DNA of 64,000 bases from Eledone cirrhosa (GCA_964016885.1 OZ024761.1:2728001-2792000); one strand, 5' to 3'; positions 27,251 through 41,319 are shown, counted from the first letter of the stretch. Program-made: numbers and translations. Notes: a model not told the origin generated them from the letters alone.

Positions 27251-27288
27251 CATTATCTATACATTATCTATACAGGTTCACATTATCT

Positions 27289-27393
27289 ACGCCGAGGTTG
27301 ACTTTGCCTTTCATCCTTACGGGGTCGATAAAATAAAGTACCAGTAATGCACTATGTATTTGCTGGCCTTGTGCCTAAAGTAGAAACAATTAT
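27289..27393 (+). mobile_element. 5'-truncated SINE family 1 at the PLE inversion junction
   Basis: gccgaggttgactttgcctttcatccttacggggtcgataaaataaagtaccag...tagaaacaattat. Confidence 0.8.
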
Positions 27394-27429
27394 CTATTCA
27401 GGGAGGTCAGATTATATATTTCTTATCTA

Positions 27430-29280
27430 TACACGGCCAGTCTGTGGAGCTAACATTGCTAGTAACTACAGACTTTCCCACTTCCTCTCCCTGATCATAC
27501 GCCCCATCATTGAAATGTCCCCAGATATATGTGACAGTACGGAGGACCTCCTCAGCATAATCAGCGAAGGTAACCGATCTAGGGACCTAAAAAACTGCAT
27601 AATATGCAGTATGGATGTTGTGTCCGTGTATCCATCTATTGACGTGGATTTTGATGTGGAGAAATGCGTAGAAATGATCAGTGAGAGCAATGTTGAATTC
27701 CGTGGGATTGATACCAGTGAGCTGGTACTCCTACTTAAACTTACTTATAGTAATAACTATCTAGATACATACGACCTTAGCAACCTGTGCCCTACAAGAC
27801 CAGCAAGAGGCAGACCACCTACCATTACCTCAATGGCCAAGAAAACCGACACAGATAGATGGAACGGGTGGACCAGAGCCATACGGACCCCCTAAAACCA
27901 CGATGAACTAAAGAAAATGATTGCACATGCGGTGGGGGCCAGTATAAAATTAACCCTTAAGGAACATATGTTCAAATTTAATGGAAAAACATATGTCCAA
28001 GAGGAGGGAGCAGCCATTGGTGTTAGCATTGCAGGTGACATAGCTGACCTCTTCATGGTATGGTGGGACAATAGACTTAAACTTAAACTTAAAGAACAAT
28101 TAGAAGACACCAACCTCTTAACCCTGATAATGTACTCCCGCTACGTTGATGATATAAACATCGTAGTAAAAACACACCCACTAGAGAACAGTCAGGAACT
28201 AGAGAAAAATACCATGGAAAGCATCCAGCAAATAGCTAACTCCATCCACCAGAGTATTAGAGTTACTATAGACTACCCAAGCAAACACCCCAACCATCGA
28301 TTACCTGTACTAGACACAGAGCTCTGGTTAGATACTATCAATAACAACAAACAGATCCCCCATTCCCATTATGCCAAACCCATGACTTCCAAATACCTGA
28401 TCCACCGAAACTCAGCTGTTTCGGACAACACCAAAATCAACATACTGATTGCGGATTTGGTACGGGTGATGAGAAACGTGTCCCGCATGTGCAACCCCAA
28501 AGAACTAGAGAGACACATACAACACTTCATCCACCGTATGCAGTTCTCTGGTTTCAATCAGAGAGATAAGATCAGAGTATAGAGAGGAGCCAGAACCAAA
28601 TGTGAAAAAATGGTAAATAATGATACAAATGGGACCTGCCCCTTGTATAGAAGCAAATTTTGGAATAGAATAGAAAGAACTAGGAATAAAATTAATAGAA
28701 TAAACTCATGATATGATAGCAATAAATACCAGAGTGTAATGTTCATCAATACAACCCCTAGAGGTGAATTAGCTTACAAATTCAGAAGGGCTCTAGATAA
28801 ACATAAACTCAATATTAAGATAGTAGAAAGACCAGGTACCTCCATAAAAAACACTTATTAGCAATACATACACTTTTCAAAGACCCCCCCCCCCCCTGTA
28901 TAGATAAGAAATGTATAATCTGTAAATTAAGCCCCCATATTAACTGTAAAACTAGAAATGTAGTACATAGCATAAGATGTACTGAAGGACAATGTAGAGA
29001 TAAAAATATAGTGTACGTAGGTGAGACAACTCGTAGTATAGGGGAACGGATAAATGAACACTGGCGAAAGCTTCAAGATAGTAAAGAATCATCTGTACTC
29101 TACCAACATACTAAAATAGAACACAAGGGTAAATTAGAGAACATAGAAATAAAAATAGAATCTACACACAGAAAAGATGCAATGTTTAGACAAATCACAG
29201 AGGCAATAAACATAAATGAACTCCAACCAAAATTAAATAGAAAACATGAATGGAATAGCAACATCAGAACTTACAATTAA
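27430..29280 (+). pseudogene. PLE family C RT and GIY-YIG, with stops and frameshift
   Basis: RPVCGA, SMDVVSVYPSID, EGAAIG, MYSRYVDD, LPVLD, HYAKPM, YVGETTRSIGERINEH; stops at 27893, 28580 and ~28709. Confidence 0.9.
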
Positions 29281-29479
29281 GGACAAAATGAAAACACACA
29301 CAGACATAGAACCAACAACCAACCAGTAACATGTAAATAAACAAATAAATAAACAAACATAAACACACACAGACACCCGGATGTAACACATGCGCAAACT
29401 AAGCACACAACACACACAAAAACAAGATGGCGTAGGGCACAACAAAGGAGAGGCACAAAAACAAAGAAAAGAATACCCA

Positions 29480-29522
29480 GTCACTGAAGAGGTCACAGAA
29501 TGTGTGACGAAAGAACTTTGAC
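29480..29522 (+). ncRNA. Minimal HHR in the PLE family C 3' region
   Basis: gtca-CTGAAGA-ggtcaca..tgtgac-GAAA-G-AA-C-TT-tgac; the element ends at ~29735 at (TA)n. Confidence 0.7.
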
Positions 29523-29786
29523 AATATATGAGCAATCGTCTGGTTGTGGAACCAACCAACCAACCGGAAATTTATAAATTCCTAAATTTATAAATTTAAT
29601 TTATAATAAATTGAAGTGAAGCAACTGGTGCGTGTGTTTCTTATTGGCAACATGACCCTCCCAAAGTATAACAATATCGGTTTCAACACACGTTTTCAGA
29701 TAAAGAATCTTGCTAAACAAATTCAGAAACGAAATATATATATATATATATAAACATATATATACATATATGTTTATATATATGTT

Positions 29787-29876
<90 letters not shown>

Positions 29877-30584
29877 ATAGAAAATTCAATTCGGGGACAG
29901 CCTGCTAATGTGGTGTTATACCGATAATAGAAAAATAAATGAAGATAAAAATCAGTAAAAGAAATGAAGTTTTTGTCTGGGGTACGATGTAATGAATACC
30001 CAAGATGTCGGACTGAAGCAAATAATGAAGTTTGTCATTAATAATAAATATATTTTGTTTGTAGATATTTAAACAAGTTCAGGTCATTTCTATGATGTGT
30101 GTGTGTGTAGGGGGTGGGGCTGTTTAGGTAATTGAAGTTCTTTATTGGATAACTTCTATTTATCATCGTCTTGTGAGATTTTTTTAAACGATTTTTTTAA
30201 AAGATTTTTTTTTAAAAGATTTTTTAAAAGATTTTTTTAAACGATTCCTGCAAACAAAAAAGATAGGTTTGATTAAACAAATGAATGAACATGGTAGGTA
30301 TATAAATATGATATATTTGTACCTTAATTACGTTTCTTATAAAAATATTTACCTTTTATAAAAATTATCCTATTGATTTAGTATCGAACAGAATTAGCTT
30401 TGATGTGAAAGAACTGTAGATTATTTACATGTTACGGTAGAGAAGAGGCGAGAATCAATAAAACTAGATCAACAATGAATCAGGTTTTTAATAAAACAGA
30501 GGCATTAATGCATTACCCATTGAGTAATAATTGTTTCTACTTTAGGCACAAGGCCAGCAATTATCCAGTGCATTACTGGTTAGT

Positions 30585-30860
30585 GAAAAGATAGGATATA
30601 ATATGGAAGTTGAAGTAAATTAGAAGGTTGAATTGAATCAGAGCGTTACTCCAAGTAGAAACACTACTTCTCGGAATTGATAGATCACAGTTCCCATATA
30701 TATGGACATGTGGTTAGAATACTTTTGGAAAGAATCTCTGGACAAATTTTACAGACGAAACCAACCAACTGGCAGGAGATCCAGGGGTAGATACCGCGAG
30801 CTAGATGGTTGGATAACATCTATGAGCTTGGTTGGTTATGCTTGGGGATCTAGCCGGGAC
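30585..30860 (+). pseudogene. Degenerate RTE-type LINE 3' fragment
   Basis: Remnants of GHVVR (ggacatgtggttaga) and PTGRRSRGR..RWLDNI. Confidence 0.5.
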
Positions 30861-30864
30861 AACT

Positions 30865-31110
30865 TAACCTTTCATCAATTCGAGGTCGATAAAAAAGTAC
30901 CAGTCAAGTACTGGTGTTGATTCTTCCTCTATATCTCTTACTTCCTTTCTCTCACTCTCTCTCTCTATCCTTGTCTGGGAAGATATCTGCTGTATCCAGA
31001 CCTAGAGAGGAGATGGGCTGTCCCAGTGTTAAAACAATGCCCTAGCAAGACCATATGCCAATATGGCACCCGTACGACTCCCTGAGGAGTCACGTGACCA
31101 TACATACAAG
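30865..31110 (+). mobile_element. 5'-truncated SINE family 2
   Basis: gaggtcgata..agtaccagtcaagtactgg..gattcttcctctatatctct..gaccatacatac, shared with 45198-45520. Confidence 0.65.
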
Positions 31111-31304
31111 TCAGCCTCATATAACACTTTTACTATGGTTGTCTGGAAGATAATTGTTATTCTGCTGCGTTGGCACAGAACATATACTAGTGTCCGTCTG
31201 TACTATCTCCTAACACAACCTGCTGGTATTGAGATGGAAATATATGCTAATATATAGAGACGTAGATAGAGATAGACAGACACAAGTATGAAAGGGGGAG
31301 AGTG

Positions 31305-31354
<50 letters not shown>

Positions 31355-31549
31355 TGTAAAAGAGAGAGGATACGTATATATATATATATGAGATAGATAG
31401 ATAGGGAGTGAGTGAGAGAGAGAGAGAGAGACATAGATAGAGAGAAACTAGAATCAACAATGCTGAGAAGGGAGGAAATTAGATGGATTAACTTCCAGGC
31501 ACATTAAAACACGAATGAAAATACTTAGCTTTATTCATACTGAGTTTCA

Positions 31550-31602
<53 letters not shown>

Positions 31603-31605
31603 GAA

Positions 31606-31636
<31 letters not shown>

Positions 31637-31637
31637 G

Positions 31638-31710
<73 letters not shown>

Positions 31711-31848
31711 TCTCTCAATTTTCACTTTCACCTGTTTTTCCTATCTATCTTTCACTTCCTACCTCGAGATTTCCCTCTGCATTGTTGTGGCTTTCTTAAC
31801 TACGTATTTTATATATATATATATATATAAATATATATATATACATAG

Positions 31849-31923
<75 letters not shown>

Positions 31924-32182
31924 GAAATATATATATATATATATACACATAGAAATATATGTATATATATATATATATGTGAGTGTGTGTGTGTGTATGT
32001 ACGCGCGTGTGTGTGTATATGTATGTGCGTGTATGTGTGTATATGTGTCTGTATGTGTGTGTGTATGTGTGTGCATATGTTTGTGAATGTGTGTGTGTGA
32101 ATGTGTGTATGCATATTATTTAAGTATAGACATTTAAAAGCATCAATTTTCTGTTGCTAAACGAGAAGTTTATTTAAAGACA

Positions 32183-33370
32183 AATTACTATAAACAAGCC
32201 ACGTAATATCTCACAATTACTATAAACAAACCACGTAATATCTCACAATTACTATAAACAAACCACTTAATATCTCACAATTACTATAAACAAGTCACGT
32301 AATATCTCACAATTACTATAAAGAAGCCACGTAATATCTCACAATTACTATAAACAAACCACGTAATATCTCACAATTACTATAAACAAACCACTTAATA
32401 TCTCACAATTACTATAAACAAGCCACGTAATATCTCACAATTACTATAAAGAAGCCACGTAATATCTCACAATTTCTATAAACAAACCACTTAATATCTC
32501 ACAATTTCTATAAACAAGCCACGTAATATCTCACAATTACTATAAACAAACCACGTAATATCTCACAAATGTCTATAAACAAACCACGTAATATCTCACA
32601 ATTACTATAAACAAACCACTTAATATCTCACAATTACTATAAACAAACCAGGTAATATCTCACAATTACTATAAAGAAGCCACGTAATATCTCACAATTT
32701 CTATAAACAAACCACTTAATATCTCACAATTACTATAAACAAACCACGTAATATCTCACAAATGTCTATAAACAAACCAGGTAATATCTCACAATTTCTA
32801 TAAACAAACCAGGTTATATCTCACAATTTCTATAAACAAGCCACGTAATATCTCACAATTACTATAAACAAACCAGGTAATATCTCACAATTTCTATAAA
32901 CAAACCAGGTAATATCTCACAATTTCTATAAACAAACCAGGTAATATCTCACAATTTCTATAAACAAACCAGGTAATATCTCACAATTTCTATAAACAAA
33001 CCACTTAATATCTCACAATTTCTATAAACAAGCCACGTAATATCTCACAATTACTATAAACAAGCCACGTAATATCTCACAAATGTCTATAAACAAACCA
33101 GGTTATATCTCACAATTTCTATAAACAAGCCACGTAATATCTCACAATTTCTATAAACAATCCAAGTTATATCTCACAATTTCTATAAACAAGCCACGTA
33201 ATATCTCACAATTTCTATAAACAAACCAGGTAATATCTCACAATTTCTATAAACAAACCAGGTAATATCTCACAATTTCTATAAACAATCCACGTAATAT
33301 CTCACAATTTCTATAAACAAACCAGGTAATATCTCACAATTTCTATAAACAAACCACCTTATATCTCACA
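32183..33370. repeat. 32-bp minisatellite CTATAAACAARCCACGTAATATCTCACAATTW, ~37 copies
   Basis: Direct reading; period from 32188 to 32220. Confidence 0.95.
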
Positions 33371-33404
33371 AAATCTCAAATACATACTTAAGCATGTTCC
33401 CATA

Positions 33405-34290
33405 TACCTGGCCACAGGCTGTCTGAATGGTTAGGAAATGTGATTGGCAATTATTAGGTCCCGAGTTTGATCCCATTGCAAGGCATGTTGGGACATGTCC
33501 TTAACCATATACTCACCACAGTTGTCTCTCTAGCAGTGTGTCGCCAGTCACTTAATGCCAAGTAAACCAGGGAGTTAAACCTGCGATAGACTGGCGTCAT
33601 CTCCAGGGGGGAGTCTTGTACACTCAGTCACTTAACGCGAAGTAAACCAGGGATAAAGACCAGCCAACTATAGAATTACTGGACCCCAACATGTCACCCT
33701 AAACTGTATAATAATGGTTTCTGCTTTAGGCACAAGGCCAGTAATTTGGGGGCACCGGAAAGTCGATTAAATCGACCCCAGTCTGTTACTGGTACTTTAT
33801 TTTATCGACCCCGTAAGGATGAATTGCATAATAACAAGTGTTACTCATTGTCCAATGGCAACTAGGCATATATACAAGTTATGATTGACTCACCACTCAA
33901 CCATTCGTTCAGTACTACACTATAACGTTCCTGTCCCCTCCACAATGTTGTCACAGCGCTTCCACTGCCTACAGAAGTAAATGACAGACAATACATGGAA
34001 ATAAACAAGTTTGTGAAGCGGCATGGCCTACCGGTTAGGATGCTGGACTTACGATTATAATGTTGTTAGTTCGATTCCTGGACACAGTGTGTTGTGTTCT
34101 TGAGCAAAACACTTTATTTCACGTTGTTACAGTAATCTCAGCTGAGAGAGACTACCAGCAGTAACTGGGGAGTTAAACCTGCGATAGACTGACGTCATGC
34201 CCAGGAGGGAGTCTTCTACACTCAGTCACTTAACGCCAAGTAAACCAGGGATAAACACGAGCGGCCATTTGAGACTAAGGTATAGAACAG
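33405..34290. mobile_element. SINE cluster: two family-3 copies (+; ~33405-33670, ~34015-34290) and a family-1 fragment (-; ~33712-33825)
   Basis: Family-3 copies share gggagttaaacctgcgatagactg.cgtcat..cagg.gggagtctt.tacactcagtcacttaacg and have tRNA-like heads. Confidence 0.7.
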
Positions 34291-35214
34291 AATTTAACTA
34301 ACTCTATATTTTACGTCGTTGTGTATATTTTAAAATAGTTAGTGTTATATTTAACTCCTATCAAGTAGAATTCTTAACGAATGATAATTAATTTGTACAA
34401 AATTCCCTCGAGTGTGATACTAATGACAATACAATCAATTAAAACAGTATCGTGTTTCCATGGTCCTCGTCCATTATTTCAAGTCAGCACGATATGCTGA
34501 ACAAATCACTAATTATACAGTTTCCTAATGCTTACAGCATTGACGAATACCGATTCGTTCGTATTATGTACATTCAACATGATGGACGCAGACAGCTAGC
34601 TTCAATTATGTTGGCTGTGTGGAGCTATGAACACAGGTTGGTGTAGAAGTTAGGCACATTAACATAAGTCACTAATGTCCATTGGATATGTATATCTTGG
34701 TATACCACGACATGTGGTGTGAGATAAAATAAACCAACTCAGTTTTCAAGAATATCGAAGCAATGGTGACTAACCAGGAGTCACTTTCGAATTAATTATT
34801 TCATAAGAAATCATAGATAATGATCATTTCTGATTTAGGTTCTCTTCTACAACTTTCTGGAGGTCAGTAGAACTCAACAGCGCTGTCTCAGTGATGTGGG
34901 TTCGGGACGGTGTGAAAGGGCTCATGAGCAGGCCACCTCGTGGGAACCACCCAGTGGATAGAATGGAGGAAATATTGCCCAAAATGATGTCGAAGAAGAC
35001 TTGTTGGAATAGCTATTCCAACTGGTGGGTGTCACATCTAGTTGTGTGGGCCACTCCGTACCAATAGCAGTGAGAACGGGAGGAGTTCGATGGACAAGAA
35101 CGCCGGACATTTTCGTTGCCACAGGTTCGATCACAAACCTACAGGAGAGCGACCAGGGAGTAAAACTAGGTAGACTAAAACTGTTTGGAAAGCCACCCAG
35201 ATGGATTGAAAGGA

Positions 35215-35825
35215 CAAACCTTGTGACACACTGTCACACGAAATGACCAACATTGTCCCACACTGTGTCACACCAAAGGGCCAGTCTTGTCACACTGTGT
35301 CACACCAAAGGGCCAGTCTTGTGACACTGTGTCACACCAAAGGGCCAGTCTTGTGACACTGTGTCACACCAAAGGGCCAGTCTTGTGACACTGTGTCACT
35401 CCAAAGGACCAGTCTTGTCACATTGTGTCACACCAAAGGACTAACCTTGTCACACCAAAGAACTAACCTTGTCACACTGTGTCACACCAAAGGACCAGTC
35501 TTGTCACACCAAAGAACCAACCTTGTCACACGGTGTCACACCAACGGACTAACCTTGTCACATACTGTGTCACACCAGAGGACTAACCTTGTCACACACT
35601 GTGTCACACCAGAGGACCAACCTTGTCACACATTGTCACACCAAAGACCAGTCTTGTCACAAACTATGTCACACCAAATGACCAACATTGTCACAAACTG
35701 TGTCACAGAAAATGACCAACATTGCCACACACTATGTCACACCAAAAGACCAACCTTGTCACACACTATGTCACACCAAATGACCAACCTTTTCATACAC
35801 TGTGTCACACCAAATGACCAACCAA
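35215..35825. repeat. ~32-bp minisatellite (CACTGTGTCACACCAAAGGGCCAGTCTTGTCA) with ~21-bp variants
   Basis: Direct reading. Confidence 0.9.
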
Positions 35826-36295
35826 CCTAAACAGGGAAAGTAGTGAAATATTTGCCCTACCACGAGTTCTGGTTGGATGCTGCTGGACGCTGGTCTAGCA
35901 GGAAACTATTACTTAATGGCTGACTTGAACTGTGGCCATGTCACCCCGCCCCCGAGGTGGGGGTGATTGGTTGAGGGAGAGGCTTGCATAGGCGAGCTTT
36001 GCTTTGTTATGGGTAGTAGTTAGACGGTCAACTTCCTTCATTTTTGCCTCTGCGCAAAGCTGTAGAGCCATAAAACTATTTGTTAGTTATTTAACTATGG
36101 CAAAGCCGGCGTTTAATCAGTCGTACACATAAAACTGACTGGCCTATTTTCTGATATACAGATCTGTCTGTCTGCTAATTAGAAAATCAGACCGATCAGT
36201 CACTCTGTATATTCCATAAAATCTATATATAATATAAAAGAGGGGTGTTTATTGGTTGGTTGTTTGGTTGGGTTGTTAGTTTACTCACACGAAAA

Positions 36296-36394
<99 letters not shown>

Positions 36395-36485
36395 CACGCA
36401 CACACACACACACACACACGCACACACACACACACGCACACACGCACCTACGCACGCACGCATAAGTACACATACACACACATCT

Positions 36486-36525
<40 letters not shown>

Positions 36526-36799
36526 TGACACAGAGATAGATGTCACCAAAACACCGCTCATCTATCGGGAGAAGTGGGGAGGGGGGTTAAAATGTTCGTC
36601 AAATGGTTGAAATCTTCAAGCGAAAGAGAAACTCATGAACAGTATAAAAGAAGGCTTGGGAATAAAGGGACATGTCAACATTGTGACAGTCAGCAGAATA
36701 TGAGACGTAAAACAGAAAGGTTAAGACAAGAAAAATGATCGCAACTTTTTGAAAGTGTACAGAACCTGAGACAGGAAACAGAAATATTAAGGCAAGAAG

Positions 36800-37250
36800 A
36801 AAGACTATTGCAACAAACAGAGGTTCAATGTGAAAGTCACCAAGAAGAAATGACAGTTACGATGCAAACTCGACAAGCACAAAGGTCTCTTCAAGGTAGA
36901 ATAAACTGGCTAAGAGCTGCATTTTCATATGATCCATCAAAGAATTATAGAAATGATCCTAAAGTGGCGATTGGTAGCATGTGTTGCTTAGGAAGAAAGG
37001 TCAGACTTCCACTGATAGAGGACTCTCCAACTTTTATCCATAAACTGCTTACGACCGTACTAGCGTAGATAAATACTTCAGAAGCAATGTTATGCGGTAC
37101 ATAGCTGTGTTTCAGATTACGTCCTTTGGAGTTGAAGATGATCATACGATTATTCATATTATTTTATCATACGGTTATTTCACATTTAAAATCCAAGGCC
37201 AATGCTACCATTTAATCGGCAGTTTCCTCCCCCAGCCTAATAAGGAAGTT
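36800..37250 (+). pseudogene. Helitron Rep/helicase N-terminal fragment
   Basis: AAFSYDP..Y.NDPKVAIGSM/CC.GRKVRLP and, in another frame, TFKIQGQCYHLIGSFLPQP (~37182-37238), which matches the Helitron F.IQGQ.YH.IGSLLP motif. Confidence 0.75.
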
Positions 37251-37254
37251 TTAT

Positions 37255-37375
<121 letters not shown>

Positions 37376-37593
37376 CAAAATATATACTTTATTATATATA
37401 TTTCAAAGGTACTGTGCTGTTTTTTTCAGTACGTCCTCATCAGACAAAATATATGATTTGATGACATATCGCTACAGTCTTGATTATTCAATGTCCGTAT
37501 TGGCAGTCATATATATATATATATATACGTAGGTCCCGGGTTGAGTCGGGGATAACCACAGTTAAGTAAGGTACTCAATACATGGCAGAGTAA

Positions 37594-37652
37594 AGCTTCC
37601 TGAAGATTTCATCTGAATGAAACAGTACTAGTCCTGTAGAAGCTCCTTCTAT

Positions 37653-37745
<93 letters not shown>

Positions 37746-37794
37746 CTTCCTGGTGATTTCTCACGAATGAAACAGTTCTAGTCCTGTAGAAGCT
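37594..37794 (+). ncRNA. Two tandem HHR motifs separated by (TA)n
   Basis: agcttc-CTGAAGA-tttc..gaat-GAAAC-AG..CT-GTA-gaagct at 37594-37644; second copy with CTGGTGA at 37744-37794. Confidence 0.75.
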
Positions 37795-37819
37795 TTTCTA
37801 TATTAAATATATATATATA

Positions 37820-37861
<42 letters not shown>

Positions 37862-38893
37862 TTCCTGTGTATACCCTTATTTCATTTTTGTACTTACTTT
37901 TCCATTGTCACTTTTCGTTTTATGTGTGGTGCGTGAAGGAATCAACAACCAGCATCTCTCTTTTATAATATGTATAGATATTATAAGCCAACCATAACAG
38001 CTAGTTTTTATTTAATGTAAGATTATAATGCAAGGTTTTATGGGTGCCAGTAGCGGAAATTTTCTCTGATGCCTGCAGTGGTTCTGGGTCTCCGGTGTGA
38101 CGAGAGATGCTACCATTCAGTCTATGGGACCCCTATAAAAAGGGTGTTTGTGTTACTCAGGCTCATCTTACCAAGTCATCTTCGGCCCTATATAAAAGCA
38201 AAACGAAACAAAAATAAATATATAAATATATAAATATATTCGCGCCTGTTTTCAAGTCCAGCAGTTGCAAGAGTGGGAGGGGTCGTCTCCATGAGAACCA
38301 GTTAAGTTCGAAATGCATCGACGATTGTCCCCCTTGCTTCTGCTGGATACCACGAGAGGGCGTTAGCCCCGGTGTTTTGCATAGCTACGGCTTTCTAAAT
38401 GTTTACCTGTAAATATACTGTGTTTCTTTAGAAATACGAAATTCTAATAAATATATTAATATTAAAAGAAAATTGTGAATATTTATAATAGCTAGCAGAA
38501 AAACCACCCCTCGGGTGGTTTTCTGCTAGCGTGTGTAGTGTGTATATTGATATTATACGCAGGTATATATACATGTAGATATGATACATCAAATAAAATC
38601 GTAATTGACAATATATAATACATAGAAATTGAACGAAGACTGCGTTACGCTGTCTTATGTAATCAGTAACGTAATCCATGATACATTAAAACAGACGATT
38701 TTATATATAAACTGCATTAGGAGAAAATTAGTGACAGAAAATTAGTATGTTTATTTAAGCGAGGGCTAACCGGAAGTGTTGACATTTCAGAAATTTTAAA
38801 GAAGTGAATCTTTAAATAAACAAAATATATTTAATCAACAGCCACGAAATTTAGTAGATAAATTATGTAATATTCATTCATTATTTATTCAAA

Positions 38894-39748
38894 GTGGATT
38901 GGCGGTATCGGTAGAGGGTCGGACGCCATGCTTTGACGCATAGAATTACGGCTCTTGCCATTCTGAGTTCAAATCCCGCCAAGGTTAACTTTGCCTTTCA
39001 TCCTTATGGGGTCGATAAAATAAAGTACCAGTAATGCACTGGGCAATTCTGGTATTATGCCAAATGTAGAAACAATTATTTATTCAAAGTTCCAACTTAT
39101 TTTACTAATGGGATAAAAAATTATAAACCGTACGCAGTCCCGCGCTCCTTACTTTATTATAGTTTAGATAATAATGATTTCTACTTTAGGTACAAGGCCA
39201 GTAATTTGGGGGGAGGGGAAAGTGGATTAAATCGACCCCAGTGCGTGACTGGTATTTATTTTATCCACCCCGTAAGGATGAAAGGCAAAGTTAACCTCGG
39301 AGGGATTTGAATTCAGATCATACAGGGAGGTAACTCTATGCTGCAAAGTATGGCGTCCGACCCTCTACCGATACTGCCAATCCACCGCCCTTAAAATAAT
39401 AATAATAAGTTGCCAATTTGGAGAAGGGGGAGAGGGATCGATAATATTGATCCTTTCAACACGTGATTGGTATTTTATTTTATCGAAGAATGAAAAGCTG
39501 TGTTGACCAGATTTGAATTCTCAACCAAAGAATTAATTAAATTCCGTTGATAAATGCCCGACCTTCTAACAACTCCGACAATCCACCGCCTTTAATAATA
39601 ATAATTATTTCTATAACAGGCACAAGGCCAGCAATTTGAGGGGGGGGGGGGGATTAAATTGACCCCAGTGCGTTACTGGTACTTTATTTTATCGACTCTG
39701 TAAGGATGAAAAGCAAAGATAACCTTGGCGGTATTTGAACTCAGAACG

Positions 39749-39750
<2 letters not shown>
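38894..39750. mobile_element. SINE cluster, family 1 and related (38894-39082 +; 39173-39390 -; 39410-39591 -; 39603-39750 -)
   Basis: Matches to 4615-4801 in both orientations. Confidence 0.8.
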
Positions 39751-39816
<66 letters not shown>

Positions 39817-40220
39817 TGATGCTAAACTCTGCCAGTTGCAGACTGCGCATCAACATGTGATATATTTCTCCACAAAATTGGATCACCAACAGCAGAGTTT
39901 AAAGAGCAAAGCAGTCCATAAGTTATTATCAAGTCATCGTTTTTGCTGCCGGCCTCTGCTCCTCTTACCAGCCAACCTTCCTTCCAGGGATAACCTACTC
40001 ACACCACGAGTTGATCTTTTTATATGACCGTATAGTTTGAGTACTCTTGACTTGACAATTGATGTAATTGGTCTAAGTTTAGTAATGTGGAGCAGCTCAC
40101 TGATACAGATGCGGTCGCTGAGCCACTTGCCAGTCATAAGTCTGATGATGTAGTTCTGGAATGTAGAGAGCTTCTGAAGTGATCTTGTCGTCCAATTAAC
40201 ACAGTCAAGACCATATAACA
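39751..40220 (-). mobile_element. 5'-truncated RTE LINE with (TAG)n tail, inserted in a SINE with 9-bp TSD
   Basis: LYGLDC..LKLYGHIKR..LEGRLAGKRSRGRQQKR; cagaacgta duplicated at 39742-39750 and 40221-40229; the SINE resumes after the insertion. Confidence 0.85.
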
Positions 40221-40262
40221 CAGAACGTAAAGGGCCGTAACATTTTTATAATAAAAAATACA

Positions 40263-40400
40263 GTTGTAGTTGAAGTACTGGGCCTGATAAATAAGGCAAC
40301 TGACAAACTCTTGGATCACATGCTCGGTAAACCTTGTGTAAAAGAAATTCAAAAATTCGTACTAACTAGTACTGCCCACATTTTGTGAAAAGCATTGTGA
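40263..40400 (+). pseudogene. R4/Dong-like LINE C-terminal remnant
   Basis: VVVEVLGLINK..LGKP.VKEIQKFVLTSTAHIL*KAL resembles the ends of RLE-type LINE ORFs (PVVIGALG..EIQK..L.GTAHILRK). Confidence 0.55.
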
Positions 40401-40526
40401 ACGTAATGTTAGGAGGGCATTTATGCTGACCCCATGGACATTATATATTTTGTAACAATCTTTGGGGCTGTGTCATAACAACCCATCACCCACCCGTAGT
40501 TAAGGGCCGGTGTGTGGAAATACAAA

Positions 40527-40690
40527 TATTGTTTCTGATTTAGACACAAGGCCAGCAATTTTGGGGCAGGGGTAAGTCGATTAAATCAACCCCAGTGTAT
40601 TACTGGTACTTTATTTTATCGACTCCGTAAGGATGAAAGGCAAAGCAGACCTCTGTGGGATTTGAATTCAGACCGTAAAGGGCCGTAACT
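40527..40690 (-). mobile_element. SINE family 1
   Basis: Reverse-complement match to the family core. Confidence 0.8.
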
Positions 40691-41273
40691 TTATTATTAG
40701 GGATTTACTTTTTTGCTTTTATTGTAAAAATAAGACTTCATGAAAAAAGGGTTGTAACTTAAGGCCGCAAACATCTAGCGCAGCGATTTAACGATTCTCC
40801 CAACACCACCGTCTTAGAAACGAGAAGACAAATACAAATAAATAAATAAATAAGGAAATTACCGATGTGATAGAGGTGAGTAGGTCCCAGGTTCGTTTCT
40901 CCTGCATTGCATTTTGAGGCATCATAGCTAGACATGTGGGCAGGCGGAAACTGTATGGAAGCCCGTACAGATGTAACTCTAATTGAAAGAGCCAGCCTTG
41001 TCACTCAGATAGGCTGAATCTTCCTGAGAATTACGTTAAACGTACACGTGCTTGTATAATGCACAGCTACTTATGAAACCAATGGAGTTCCATATATATA
41101 TATATTTATTTATTTATTGATTGATTGATTTAAGGACGAATGGTTATTCCTTCATTGCGTTTATTGGTTGGTGACGCGCGGTTCGCTACTGATCAGCTCA
41201 AGGTTCGATCTGTATCGATCTAGCTCGACTCTGGAATCAAATGCTCTGTGGTAGTAACTCCGCGTTACACTCC

Positions 41274-41319
<46 letters not shown>

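Noticed and set aside
32183-33370. CRISPR-sized 32-bp repeats
   Set aside because: Head-to-tail tandem units with no unique spacers.
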